IMG/VR virus record: IMGVR_UViG_3300023296_000874
Span: 31,594 to 95,593 of that record
Reading direction: 5' to 3' (one strand)
Length of the DNA stretch: 64,000 bases
Origin: a virus
Of the stretch, positions 43,094 to 51,943 are shown piece by piece. Numbering within the stretch: position 1 is the stretch's first letter; every line of letters starts with the position of its first letter. A program made the translations under genes and the position numbers. The notes beneath the pieces are model-generated. The model made no database searches. It was not told where the DNA came from and saw only the letters and a program-made list of their open reading frames with translations.

Positions 43094-43906
43094 GTGAAGC
43101 TTTCAACTGAAATCGCAGGACTCACCCGTCGCGCGAACGTCGAGAGTGTGACCAAGCACATCCAGACGTGGGGTGACAACGAACTTCGTCACCCGACCCG
43201 GTGGCAGAACGTCATCTACCTCTGCTATGAGCTCGCCAAGAGCACTCAGACCATCGCGGTTGGCGGACCTACATGGGACGGGCCGATGCGAGAGTGGGTC
43301 TACGTCATGCCTGATGGCATTGGTGTAGAGATGAAGGGCCTTGTGTTCAATCTTGAGCCTGAGGCCTGGTACTACGAGGTTGGGATGGCACCCTGGCCCG
43401 ACGCCCGGTCGCTTGAGTTCATCGGCCACAGAGACCACTGGACCCGTGTGTGGTACTGGGTGCTTGCGACGTTGGCTGTCCACGCCGCGAACGGAAAGCC
43501 CTATGCCGGTGTGGAGCGAGTAGTCAAAGGCCGACTCGCGGGCGTGACGTACTTGCAGGGCATGGTTGACCGCATCCTCCCCAAAGCTATTGAGGCGTAC
43601 CGCAAGGTTCGCGGCTTTGACCCCAGCCTTGGTGAGTTGAGCGTGTCCTTTTCGGAGATCGTTCCGCCCGATGGGAAGATCGCCGTCTACCAACGGTTCG
43701 ACTGCAAAGCCAAGCAGTGCGAGGGTGCCATCAGCATTCACCCGAAGGCTCTACGTGACGAGGGTGGTGAACAGTATCTCGAAACGGTACTCACCCATGA
43801 ACTTGTCCACTATCTACTCAACTCGACCAACGCGGCTGACGCCCACGGAGGAGAATTCCAAGCAGTTTCAACACTGCTCGGAATCCCCCGTGAATTCCAG
43901 GACTAA
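43094..43906 (+). CDS. SprT-like zinc metalloprotease domain protein (probable GTG start)
   Basis: C-terminal THELVHYLLN...HGGEF (HExxH plus downstream H). The ORF-track N-terminus overlaps the previous gene. Confidence 0.55.
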   Translation: MKLSTEIAGLTRRANVESVTKHIQTWGDNELRHPTRWQNVIYLCYELAKSTQTIAVGGPTWDGPMREWVYVMPDGIGVEMKGLVFNLEPEAWYYEVGMAPWPDARSLEFIGHRDHWTRVWYWVLATLAVHAANGKPYAGVERVVKGRLAGVTYLQGMVDRILPKAIEAYRKVRGFDPSLGELSVSFSEIVPPDGKIAVYQRFDCKAKQCEGAISIHPKALRDEGGEQYLETVLTHELVHYLLNSTNAADAHGGEFQAVSTLLGIPREFQD

Positions 43907-43909
43907 CCA

Positions 43910-44431
43910 ATGACAACATCAGCGAACATCAAGAACCTCTCCGGCACCGTTAGTGCTCGCAAGCCACGCGCCCCGAAGCCTGGCGAGGTGTACCAGGACC
44001 CTGAGTCGAAAGAGTGGCTTCTGCTCCCCAAGAAGTACAACTCCAAGCCTGTGCGGATTGACGCACTGCTCCAGGTAGGCGGACTACCTCGACGTCAGGG
44101 CGACAAGGTGACACTCTGGTTCTTCAGGGACCCACCCGAGGGACACAGGTACTGGACCGACATGCACGATCCCGGCGTGGAGATTGACTACAGCAACTAC
44201 CACATCGCTCTGGACTACGGACGGTACTTCTTCAGGAAGCAGGACGCTCTCAAGAACGCGAGCACCTGGGACACAGGCAAGGTGGTTGGCCTCATGTCGC
44301 TGGACCTTGACCGCCTGATGCAGAATGGACAGTTCAAGCGCAACGTCGCCCTCAAGACGAAGGGGCGCGGTGCCTCCGGAGGTACGGACGTCACCTCCGG
44401 ACCGTACCTCTACGTGAAGGGCAAGTTCTAA
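43910..44431 (+). CDS. Hypothetical basic protein
   Basis: ORF track. Confidence 0.5.
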   Translation: MTTSANIKNLSGTVSARKPRAPKPGEVYQDPESKEWLLLPKKYNSKPVRIDALLQVGGLPRRQGDKVTLWFFRDPPEGHRYWTDMHDPGVEIDYSNYHIALDYGRYFFRKQDALKNASTWDTGKVVGLMSLDLDRLMQNGQFKRNVALKTKGRGASGGTDVTSGPYLYVKGKF

Positions 44432-44709
44432 GCCTGAAGGTTCGTGACGCCGATGAGCTCCCCGAGCAGCGTGCGGCTGAGAGGTTTGCCAGGCTTGTCC
44501 TCGTACACCTCCCGAACCACGATGCGCTGTGGCGTGCTCTTGGGCACGGACCCCCAGCCCTTGGTGTTGGGAGTGACGTCTGCTGCTGCTTCGTCCCGCA
44601 TCTTGCAGTAGACGGCTTGCAGGGTGAGGTCACTGGCATGTCGCATGGTGCCGAAGACGGGCGTCTTGGACGTCAGCCGGTACAGCACATAGATGTATCC
44701 GTTCATCGC
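44428..44709 (-). CDS. Hypothetical protein (start MNGYIYVLY; weak GIY-YIG-like N-terminus)
   Basis: Convergent with the plus-strand island. The ORF-track N-terminal extension is unlikely. Confidence 0.4.
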   Translation of the reverse strand, partial: AMNGYIYVLYRLTSKTPVFGTMRHASDLTLQAVYCKMRDEAAADVTPNTKGWGSVPKSTPQRIVVREVYEDKPGKPLSRTLLGELIGVTNLQA

Positions 44710-44894
44710 ACAACCTCGAGCGTGTAAGCGGTGAGGCCGAAGCCGCAACCGACGTGATCCTCGGCCCAGGCAATCGCCTGCTCGATGCGGGTGAAGGTCT
44801 TGCGGCGCTTGGGGTCGTCGGTGCGCTGCACACATTGGTGCTCTTCACTGAAGCCCGCGATGTCTTTGCCGCTTTGGTCTTTGAGGTAGTGCAT
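44703..44894 (-). CDS. Hypothetical small protein (start revised to MHYLKD; the ORF-track start overlaps the promoter motif)
   Basis: Promoter-motif copy 44913-44943 immediately upstream. Confidence 0.4.
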   Translation of the reverse strand: MHYLKDQSGKDIAGFSEEHQCVQRTDDPKRRKTFTRIEQAIAWAEDHVGCGFGLTAYTLEVVR

Positions 44895-44912
44895 GGTGTC
44901 TCCGTACCCACT

Positions 44913-44943
44913 CAACGAGAGCAGGTACGGAGGACTCAGAGAC
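44913..44943 (-). promoter_or_regulatory. Promoter-like motif CAACG-N17-CTCAGAGAC
   Basis: Motif family. Confidence 0.45.
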
Positions 44944-45110
44944 TATGACACGTCCTTCACGTAGCTACCCGGACAGGCGAGGTTCCCGTCCTTGTCTTGA
45001 ATGGACGTGTTGGTACACCTCTTCCGGAGGGGGAGTCTGGTCCACCTCACTCTGAACCCGCAGGTGTCGCAGATGTACATCGACTTCAGCAGTGGCATTC
45101 GGAACCGCAT
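44943..45110 (-). CDS. Unlisted 56-aa zinc-ribbon ORF (MRFRMPLLKSMYICDTCGF...ACPGSY)
   Basis: Hand translation of the minus strand. ATG 45108-45110, stop 44943-44945. CxxC...C...C. Below the ORF-track length cut-off. Confidence 0.35.
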   Translation of the reverse strand: MRFRMPLLKSMYICDTCGFRVRWTRLPLRKRCTNTSIQDKDGNLACPGSYVKDVS

Positions 45111-45114
45111 CGGA

Positions 45115-45336
45115 TCACCTCTTCTTGAGAGCGATGCCGTAGCAGATCATCCGGGTGCCACAGGGCTCAACGACCTGCCTCCCGTTTCTTCCTGCGTACT
45201 CGACGGGGTTGGGGCATGAGGGGCGCAGGATGAGCCCGCGCTTGATGAAGGTGTGCCCACATGAGGGGCAGCGGTATTCCTTGGGGACGATCATCGGAGT
45301 CTTTCCAGCCGCGAACGGGCTGTCCAGCCTACACAT
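45115..45336 (-). CDS. Small zinc-ribbon protein (CPSCGH...CPNP...CGTRMIC)
   Basis: ORF track. Confidence 0.5.
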   Translation of the reverse strand: MCRLDSPFAAGKTPMIVPKEYRCPSCGHTFIKRGLILRPSCPNPVEYAGRNGRQVVEPCGTRMICYGIALKKR

Positions 45337-45647
45337 TCCGTGCGGCTGTAATCAAGGGTCTCTGACCGACGAAGGCACCCCGCTCACGTCCAACCCCATT
45401 CTTTGCACGGAGGAGGGAAGGTGTGAGCGGGGTGCCCAGTCGAAAGATCGCCAGTCCACTCGCTCCCTTGCCTTGGGAGTCCGCTTCGCATACAGGGGGC
45501 TGGCATGGCTCCCATCTAACCGCCCATGGTGCTCAGGCCCCTCTCGAGGCGCTGATCCATAGAGTGCATAACACTTGCCGGGTTCGAACCGGCCACTCAC
45601 AGGCGCTGGCAAAAGTCTTCGGGGCTTCTCAGCCCCTTACATCTCTA
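45337..45647 (-). ncRNA. Candidate structured leader or small RNA: T-arm-like hairpin (minus strand GCCGG-TTCGAAC-CCGGC), GGGGCT-GAGA-AGCCCC hairpin, and a perfect 12-bp inverted repeat with 35-nt loop
   Basis: 340-nt non-coding gap in a dense genome. Promoter-motif copy at 45648-45678 points into it. No complete tRNA cloverleaf could be folded. Confidence 0.3.
45376..45434. repeat. Perfect 12-bp inverted repeat CACCCCGCTCAC ... GTGAGCGGGGTG with a 35-nt spacer
   Basis: Arms 45376-45387 and 45423-45434 are exact reverse complements. Confidence 0.7.
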
Positions 45648-45678
45648 CAACGAGGCGAGAGCGGCAGCACTCAGAGAC
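45648..45678 (-). promoter_or_regulatory. Promoter-like motif CAACG-N17-CTCAGAGAC reading into the 340-nt non-coding region
   Basis: Motif family; shares extended CACTCAGAGACTAT with the 44913 copy. Confidence 0.45.
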
Positions 45679-46049
45679 TATTCCGCCCTTTCTTTGGCAT
45701 CCGCCTCGTGATCGTCGATTGCCCTCTTGAGCTCAACCAGTTCGTCGTTGGCGCGGTCAAGAGCAGCTTCCAGAGAGCGTCCCGCACGTTGAAGGTCCTC
45801 TGCCACCTCTTCAGCGGCGAGTACCTTCTCCGAGGCAGCGTCGAGCAGCTCCCTCAAACTCTCAATCGAGCCGAGGTGTGGGCGGTAAAACTTGAGCTGT
45901 CCCTGCACGTACTCAATCGAGTTGCTGGGGTCAGTGTGGTTGATCCTGTTCGCAAGATCCCAAACCATTCGGACGGCCGCAGCCAGGTCGGACTTTGAGT
46001 ACCTGCTCGCCTGTCGGGAGAGATGGCTGATGCGGTCTGAAACGTTCAT
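45678..46049 (-). CDS. Hypothetical coiled-coil protein
   Basis: ORF track. Confidence 0.5.
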   Translation of the reverse strand: MNVSDRISHLSRQASRYSKSDLAAAVRMVWDLANRINHTDPSNSIEYVQGQLKFYRPHLGSIESLRELLDAASEKVLAAEEVAEDLQRAGRSLEAALDRANDELVELKRAIDDHEADAKERAE

Positions 46050-46084
46050 GAGGCCTCCGTTGATGAGGCGGGTCTACAAACGGA

Positions 46085-48370
46085 TTATGTCGCAGGCGTC
46101 TCGGGAAGAGGGTTGTAGTCCCCTATGGCGTTGCACACGAAGTCGCAGTGCTCGCTCCACTTCTTGCAAGCGTAGAAGGCCTTCTTCTTTTTCTTGCTGT
46201 ACCGCTCCACCACGAAGTCTTCACACTTCGGGCAGATGCCACATGGAACCGGGTGCGTACCACGGCAGCCTTCGCCAGTACACTTCAGGTACTCGCCGTA
46301 GCGTCCCGTCGTCTTGACCATCGGATCTTCACACTTGTCACACACGATGCCTGGATAGATCTCGTCAGGCACAACCTCGACGTTCGGGTCAACCCATGAG
46401 GCCTTCCCCTTGCACTTCGTCTCCTTGTACTTGGTGCATCCCCACCAGTTGCCCCACTTACCCGCCTTGAGCTCCATTGGAGCCTCGCACTTCGGGCACT
46501 CAGGGATCTCAACTCCCTCGCCAACCTCAGGAGGTGGCTCAGGGACGTGGATCTGAGGGAGGCCGTTGGCGTCACGGAGCAGAACTCCGGCGTCATCAGT
46601 CAGGCAGGTAGTCTTGCAGTCCGGGTACTGGTCGCATGTGTACCAGAAGCTTTCACCACCGGTCTCAGGCTTCTTGAGGATGTACCCGACGCCGCACGCT
46701 GGGCACTTGTCCTCAGTGCGGAAGAGGAACTTGGCGTCACCCTCGCGGGCTCCCTTGAGGTCCGCCTTGAAGGGTGTGTACCACTCCTCGAGCACGCTGA
46801 CGTAGGTGGCGCTTCCGGCAGCCACTTCATCGAGCTTGTCTTCCATCTCAGCGGTGAAGGTGGGGTCAACCAGCTTCGGGAAGAAGGTCACCATGTAGTC
46901 GAACACCATCTTGCCGAGGTCTGTCGCCTGGAAAGAGCGTCCGGCCTTGACGGCGAACTTGCGGGTCAGGAGCGTCTTGAGGGTGGACGCGTAGGTAGCG
47001 GGTCGCCCAACTCCGTCGCTCTCCATCTTCTTCACCAGCGAGGCGTCGCTGTATCGGCCCGGAGGCTGGGTGAACTTCTGCTCCAGCTCGATGTCGGTGA
47101 AGGGAATCTCGTCGCCTTCGTTGATGTCAGGGAGGATCACGTCCGCCGTACCGGAGCCGTACACCTTCAGGAAGCCGTCGAACAGCATCTTGGAGCCGTT
47201 GAGCTTGAAGTTGACGGGCAGCTTGGTGTCGATGCTCACAAGCTCAACCCGGAGCTGCTCGAAGACGGCGTCTGCCATCTGAGATGCCCAGTAGCGGTTG
47301 CGGATGAGCTCGAACAGTCTGAACTGGTCACCGGTCAATGCGCCGGGGTCTTCACCCGTGGGGCGAATGGCCTCGTGAGCCTCCTGGCTGGCCTTCTTGT
47401 TCTTGTACTTGTTCTCCGAGTCGGAGATGTGGTCCTTGCCTTGAGCCTTCTCAAGCTCGTCCCTCATGGCAGCCATCTTCTCCTTGTCGATGGAGGTGCT
47501 GTCTGTACGGTGGTAGGTGATGACGCCCGCTTCGAAGATCTTCTGCGCGGTGATCATCGTCTTGTCGACGCTCCAGCCGAGCATGTTGTTCCCGGCCTGC
47601 TGAAGGGTCGCGGTGGTGAAGGGAGCGGCGGGCTTGCGCCTACGCTCTGAACGCTTCACGCTCGACACACGGAGCTTCTTGCAGCTCTCGTTCATGAGCT
47701 GCCGGATGCCTTGAGAGGTCTTCGCCGTGCGAATGGTCTTCGCCTTGTTGTTGACGCCGTACAGCCGAGGCTTGTAGCCGTCGCACACTGCGTCAATCAG
47801 CCAGTACTCCTCAGGGATGAAGGCTTCGATCTCCCTCTCCCTATCGACAACGTACTTGAGCGCCACGCTCTGCACACGTCCGGCTGAGGCACCGGCAATG
47901 CCCTTACGCCACATGATAGGGCTGACACGGTAGCCGACAAGGCGGTCAATCACGCGCCTGCCCTGCTGAGCCTCGAACAGGTTGTTGTCGATCTCACCCG
48001 GATCAGCGATGGCTGCGAGTACGGCAGGCTTCGTGATGGAGTGGAACAGGACGCGGTGGACGGTCTTCCCGCGCTTGGGAAGCTTGGAGGCGATGTGTAC
48101 GGCAATAGCCTCGCCTTCACGGTCGGGGTCAAGAGCGAGATAGATGATCTCGTGCTTCTTGGCCTCATCGACAATCGCCTTGATCGTACCACCTTTGCCA
48201 CTGATGACTTCGTAGGTGGGATCGTAGGTCTTGCTACGGGTGTTGACTCCGACCTTCTTGGGCGGAAGATCAATCACATGGCCCTTGGTTGCCATGATCT
48301 TGAAACTCCCGCCCAAGATGGAACTGAGCTTGCGGATTTTGTTCGGGCTTTCGATGATTACGAGCGGCAC
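46085..48370 (-). CDS. topA: DNA topoisomerase I (type IA) with C-terminal zinc-ribbon repeats
   Basis: TOPRIM N-terminus VIIESPNK, VIDRLVGYRVSPIMWRK...SAGRVQSV, TYHRTDST (active-site Tyr region), multiple CxxC...CxxC ribbons. Confidence 0.9.
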   Translation of the reverse strand: MPLVIIESPNKIRKLSSILGGSFKIMATKGHVIDLPPKKVGVNTRSKTYDPTYEVISGKGGTIKAIVDEAKKHEIIYLALDPDREGEAIAVHIASKLPKRGKTVHRVLFHSITKPAVLAAIADPGEIDNNLFEAQQGRRVIDRLVGYRVSPIMWRKGIAGASAGRVQSVALKYVVDREREIEAFIPEEYWLIDAVCDGYKPRLYGVNNKAKTIRTAKTSQGIRQLMNESCKKLRVSSVKRSERRRKPAAPFTTATLQQAGNNMLGWSVDKTMITAQKIFEAGVITYHRTDSTSIDKEKMAAMRDELEKAQGKDHISDSENKYKNKKASQEAHEAIRPTGEDPGALTGDQFRLFELIRNRYWASQMADAVFEQLRVELVSIDTKLPVNFKLNGSKMLFDGFLKVYGSGTADVILPDINEGDEIPFTDIELEQKFTQPPGRYSDASLVKKMESDGVGRPATYASTLKTLLTRKFAVKAGRSFQATDLGKMVFDYMVTFFPKLVDPTFTAEMEDKLDEVAAGSATYVSVLEEWYTPFKADLKGAREGDAKFLFRTEDKCPACGVGYILKKPETGGESFWYTCDQYPDCKTTCLTDDAGVLLRDANGLPQIHVPEPPPEVGEGVEIPECPKCEAPMELKAGKWGNWWGCTKYKETKCKGKASWVDPNVEVVPDEIYPGIVCDKCEDPMVKTTGRYGEYLKCTGEGCRGTHPVPCGICPKCEDFVVERYSKKKKKAFYACKKWSEHCDFVCNAIGDYNPLPETPAT

Positions 48371-48432
48371 AGGTATTCCTCCATCGCTCCATCAAATGCC
48401 AAAATCAAGCCCGCAGTAGCGAACTCAACTTC

Positions 48433-48723
48433 TCAGCGACGGCCGTTCACCTTGTCGGCCATGAGGTTCGAGCTCTTGTAGGTGACCTTCAGGTAGGGCT
48501 CGACGTAGCTCTTCTCACCCGTGCGCGGGTTGCGGGCCTGGCGGTCGCCCTTCTTGACGGAGCGGAAGGTACCGAGGCCGGTGACGGTCACAGCGCCTCC
48601 CTCTTCGTTGAGCTCACCCTGCAGGGAGCCGACGAAGCCCTTCAGGGCTTCACGCACCTGGGCGTCGTTGAGGTTGGTGGAGCCGACGATGTCAGCGACG
48701 AGGGTATTCATGGTAAGTGCCAT
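48433..48723 (-). CDS. hup: HU/IHF-family DNA-binding protein
   Basis: GLGTFRSVKKGDRQARNPRTGE (cf. GFGxFxxxxRxxRxGRNPxTGE). Confidence 0.8.
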   Translation of the reverse strand: MALTMNTLVADIVGSTNLNDAQVREALKGFVGSLQGELNEEGGAVTVTGLGTFRSVKKGDRQARNPRTGEKSYVEPYLKVTYKSSNLMADKVNGRR

Positions 48724-48833
48724 GTTGGAATCTCCAGATTCGTTGTCTGTTAAGTACTCAGGCCCGTACCTTGGACCACATCACTCAGACACCGGAATCA
48801 TGCAGAAACCTAAAATCTACACCTCGAACTCGC

Positions 48834-49658
48834 TTAGAAAGCCACGGCGGTCACCCCATCAAGGATGAAAGCGTAGCGGAAGGTCAACCCTACCACTGCT
48901 GGGTCCCCAGGCCGCTCAGGGTCCTGGCTTTGTACGCTCGGTCCGTCCATGCAAAGCCACCCCAATCCATCCACTATAGTCACAGGACACCCTACCAGCG
49001 AGACAGTGCGAATGCCTCGATACATATCGAGACCCGTACCAAGGTTCGATAGGTCTTGCACCTCACGAACCATCAGGGCGTTGAGCAGTCCGGGGTCGCC
49101 TACGACGCGTGCTCGGTCGTGGTCGCGAATGTTCATCCAGGCCTCGTTGAAGGTGCCGGGGACGGAGATTGCGGTGAGCTGCTCGTAGTATGCCTCCTCA
49201 AGCTCCCTGTCCATCATAGAGCGCGCCAGGCTGAGTGCTCTGTCGATCGCCTCCATGCTTCGGTCACGTCGCACTTCATCGGTGATCTCTACTGGGATGG
49301 TGCGGGTGATGACCGGGGTCACTACGCGCTCACTGCTTTCGTCAGTGAGGACGCGGTGGGTGATGAACTCCTGCTCCAGAGGGGAGATGTTCCGGACCAT
49401 GATGTTGGTCAGGACGGGAGACCGTGACTGTTCGGTGTTGCCCGACCACACGCTCTGGTCTTCGTGGAGGTAGTCTGCTACCTCAGCCGTGAAGCTACCG
49501 CTGGTCCCGCCGCTGAAGTCAGCCGCGTCGTCGTAGTAGGCTACGAGGTTGGACTGCCCTCGAAGCCGTGAGCTTGGCTCCGGTGGTGTTGGAGCTTTGG
49601 GTGGTTGTGGCGGTGGTTGCCACACTCCCAGCAGTAGTTCAAGCTTCGGATGTGCCAT
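48834..49658 (-). CDS. Hypothetical protein (Pro-rich N-terminus; start uncertain)
   Basis: ORF track. Confidence 0.45.
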   Translation of the reverse strand: MAHPKLELLLGVWQPPPQPPKAPTPPEPSSRLRGQSNLVAYYDDAADFSGGTSGSFTAEVADYLHEDQSVWSGNTEQSRSPVLTNIMVRNISPLEQEFITHRVLTDESSERVVTPVITRTIPVEITDEVRRDRSMEAIDRALSLARSMMDRELEEAYYEQLTAISVPGTFNEAWMNIRDHDRARVVGDPGLLNALMVREVQDLSNLGTGLDMYRGIRTVSLVGCPVTIVDGLGWLCMDGPSVQSQDPERPGDPAVVGLTFRYAFILDGVTAVAF

Positions 49659-49737
49659 GCTCCGTCAGACAAGCGACAGCCCCCAAAGTCGTGAAACTCA
49701 AGGGGCTGCCGGGGAGGCCTCAAAGGCTTATGGAGGG

Positions 49738-51324
49738 CTATTCCACCTCGAAGCTGTCTCCCGAATCAACCGCGTGGGCAAACCGGGCGCGGACGCCGTC
49801 TCCGGTCTCCTCGTCCTTACCCACCCACTCGATGATTCCTTCGAGCTGCTCGCGCATGGTCACCAGGAGGCTGGGCTTGGCACGCACAGCGTTCACAAGG
49901 TCCTCCGTGCTGAGTCCGCGCTTCCCGTCGGAGTACGCCGTGAAGAGCGCGGAGCCAACCGCACCTTCGATCTCGGAGCCGGAGCGTGTGGGCGAGGCCT
50001 GCACGAGGGCGTCGAGGTCGAAGTCAGCCGGGTCGCGGCCCTTCGCACGGATCTGAATCTCCCAAATCTGCTTCCGCTGGGCTTCCTCGGGGAGGCCCAC
50101 AAAGAAGATCTCGTCGAAGCGCCGGAGCAGTTCGGGCGGGAGCTCCGTGATGTTGTTGGCCGTTGCCATCAGGATCACGTCGTCCTCGCACTCCTGCATC
50201 CAGTTGAGGAAGGTACCGATCACGCGGGCGGTGGTGCCGGAGTCGCTGAAGGAGCTGCTCTGCATACCCGCGAGGCCCTTCTCAATCTCGTCGATCCACA
50301 CGATGCACGGAGCCATGCTCTCCATCGTGTTGAGCGCGCGCCGCATGTTGCTCTCGCTCTGTCCAACCTGCCCGCCGAAGAGGCGTGCGGGGTCGAACTT
50401 GATGAGCGGCAGTCCGTAGCGGGAGGCGATGGCCTTGCAGATGAGGCTCTTGCCGTTGCCGGGGAGGCCAACCTGCATGACGCCCTTGAAGCGCGGCAGT
50501 CCGTAGTCCTTGGCTTCCTGGAGCCAGGAGCCGTTGCGCTCGTCGAGGTACTTCTTGAGGGCACCCATGCCGCCCACGTCCTCGAAGGTGAGGTTGGGGT
50601 TCACCAGTTCGAGCAGCGGGTTCTTCTTGATCACCTCGCGCTTGGCGAGGCGAACGTGGGCTGCGGTCAGCATCTTGAACTGAGCCAGCGAAGCGAGGGC
50701 GCACTGCTCGGCCTCGTAGTGGGTCATGCCCGCCATGGCCTCAGCCACATCCTGCGTGTTCACAGGCCCCTTCAGCCGTCGGCTGAGGTGGTCGGAGCTG
50801 AGGATGCCGTCGAGCATCGCCTTGTGGTCGGCCACCGTCGGGAGGTCGAAGTACACAACACGGAACATGCGCTCCATGCCAGCGGGGATCTGGAGGGTGT
50901 GCCCCACGAAGATCAGGCTCTTGAAGGCCTGCCGGTTCATCTGGCACTGTTCGGCGAGGTCCTCGAGGCGGCGGCTCAGCATCGGGTCACGCCCGCTGAG
51001 GATCGTCTTCTCGGCCCCGAGCATCACCGTGTAGAGGCGTCCGTCGGGGGTCGGCTCGGTCAGGAGCCCGGCGAGGAAGGTGTTGGGGTCGCTGGTCGCG
51101 GTGTCCAGTCGGGCACCCGCCACGTTGTCCCAGAAGCCGATGTACTCGGCCAGCGTCTTGCGGCCCAGGCTCTGCTTCCAAACGCGGAAGTCGTGGCGCT
51201 TCTTGCTGGAGTACTCGGTGTGGAGCCACTTCAGGAAGCGTCCGGGCTCGTCAGTCACCACGTAGATGAAAGGAGCCAGGGTGGAAACTACCTGGCGAAC
51301 TTCGGGATTGTCTGTCTTCGGCAT
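49738..51324 (-). CDS. Classic-clade AAA ATPase (FtsH/Cdc48-like AAA module) with a unique ~250-aa N-terminal domain; no protease domain
   Basis: Walker A GLPGNGKS, Walker B CIVWIDEIE, second region of homology TANNITELPPELLRRFD. Confidence 0.8.
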   Translation of the reverse strand: MPKTDNPEVRQVVSTLAPFIYVVTDEPGRFLKWLHTEYSSKKRHDFRVWKQSLGRKTLAEYIGFWDNVAGARLDTATSDPNTFLAGLLTEPTPDGRLYTVMLGAEKTILSGRDPMLSRRLEDLAEQCQMNRQAFKSLIFVGHTLQIPAGMERMFRVVYFDLPTVADHKAMLDGILSSDHLSRRLKGPVNTQDVAEAMAGMTHYEAEQCALASLAQFKMLTAAHVRLAKREVIKKNPLLELVNPNLTFEDVGGMGALKKYLDERNGSWLQEAKDYGLPRFKGVMQVGLPGNGKSLICKAIASRYGLPLIKFDPARLFGGQVGQSESNMRRALNTMESMAPCIVWIDEIEKGLAGMQSSSFSDSGTTARVIGTFLNWMQECEDDVILMATANNITELPPELLRRFDEIFFVGLPEEAQRKQIWEIQIRAKGRDPADFDLDALVQASPTRSGSEIEGAVGSALFTAYSDGKRGLSTEDLVNAVRAKPSLLVTMREQLEGIIEWVGKDEETGDGVRARFAHAVDSGDSFEVE

Positions 51325-51492
51325 TTTGGAGGCCCTCCTGTCGGGGGAGAAACCCGACGTGCCGTGTTGATTGTATGTGTTGTCTGCACTGGCCCAACCC
51401 CGTCCCGCTTGGCTTGCGCCTTGCGGGTACGGGGGAGGGGGTCCTGGTACCGGTCTCCGTCCGCCGCCCGAAGGCGGCTTCAGGAGGCAGCA

Positions 51493-51834
51493 TCAGCCAA
51501 CGGCAACCTGCAGCACGATCTCGCCGCGCTCGGTCACCTCGGAGAGAACCGTGTGGCCCTGCATCGCGAGGTTGTAGCGGACGTGGCGGGCCATGGAGTT
51601 GCGGTACCACTCGCCCACAACGTAGGCGATGTCCGAGTCCATGGAGGACGCCGAGGGGTTGTCGAGGTTCAGCTTGAGGGCGTTGCCGTAGCGGTTGAAC
51701 TTCCGGTCGGAGAAGGTCAGGACGGTGTCGCCACCCTCCTTGCTCTCGCTGAACGCGATGCCGCGATCGTTGAGCTCGTCCTTGAGGGAGTCTGCGCTGC
51801 CGAAGTGGCCCTGAACGGTGATCTTGTGGCTCAT
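51493..51834 (-). CDS. Hypothetical protein
   Basis: ORF track; promoter-motif copy 60 nt upstream. Confidence 0.5.
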   Translation of the reverse strand: MSHKITVQGHFGSADSLKDELNDRGIAFSESKEGGDTVLTFSDRKFNRYGNALKLNLDNPSASSMDSDIAYVVGEWYRNSMARHVRYNLAMQGHTVLSEVTERGEIVLQVAVG

Positions 51835-51893
51835 GGTGTTGTCCTTGCTCGAGTTAGGGGCTCTTGAAGTCCCCTTGGGTTACGCACTTGTTG

Positions 51894-51922
51894 TCCACTC
51901 CTCTAACGCTCGTAAACGCGGA
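51894..51922 (-). promoter_or_regulatory. Promoter-like motif TAACG-N17-GTTAGAA (palindromic variant)
   Basis: Motif family. Confidence 0.45.
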
Positions 51923-51943
51923 GAAGTTAGAATCGAAGTCGGA

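Noticed and set aside
45560-45600. Possible tRNA gene suggested by the perfect T-arm GCCGG-TTCGAAC-CCGGC on the minus strand
   Set aside because: I could not find a pairing acceptor stem, D-arm or a 5+7+5 anticodon arm at the required distances on either strand. It is kept only as part of a candidate structured RNA, not annotated as tRNA.
45337-45677. tmRNA (ssrA), suggested by GGGGCTGA on the minus strand, the canonical tmRNA 5' start
   Set aside because: GGGGCT pairs locally with AGCCCC as a hairpin. The sequence 3' of the T-arm (AAGTGTT) cannot pair with it to make an acceptor stem, and no resume codon or tag reading frame is evident.
46078-46110. Possible promoter-motif copy (AAACG-N17-CTCGGGAAG) upstream of 45678..46049
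   Set aside because: The upstream half CTCGGGA deviates at two of the most conserved positions, and the site overlaps the end of the topoisomerase gene.
51440-51480. Rho-independent terminator candidates such as GCCGCCCGAAGGCGGC
   Set aside because: GC-rich hairpins are frequent here, but none is followed by a T-run on the minus strand. In a high-GC genome they cannot be called terminators with confidence.
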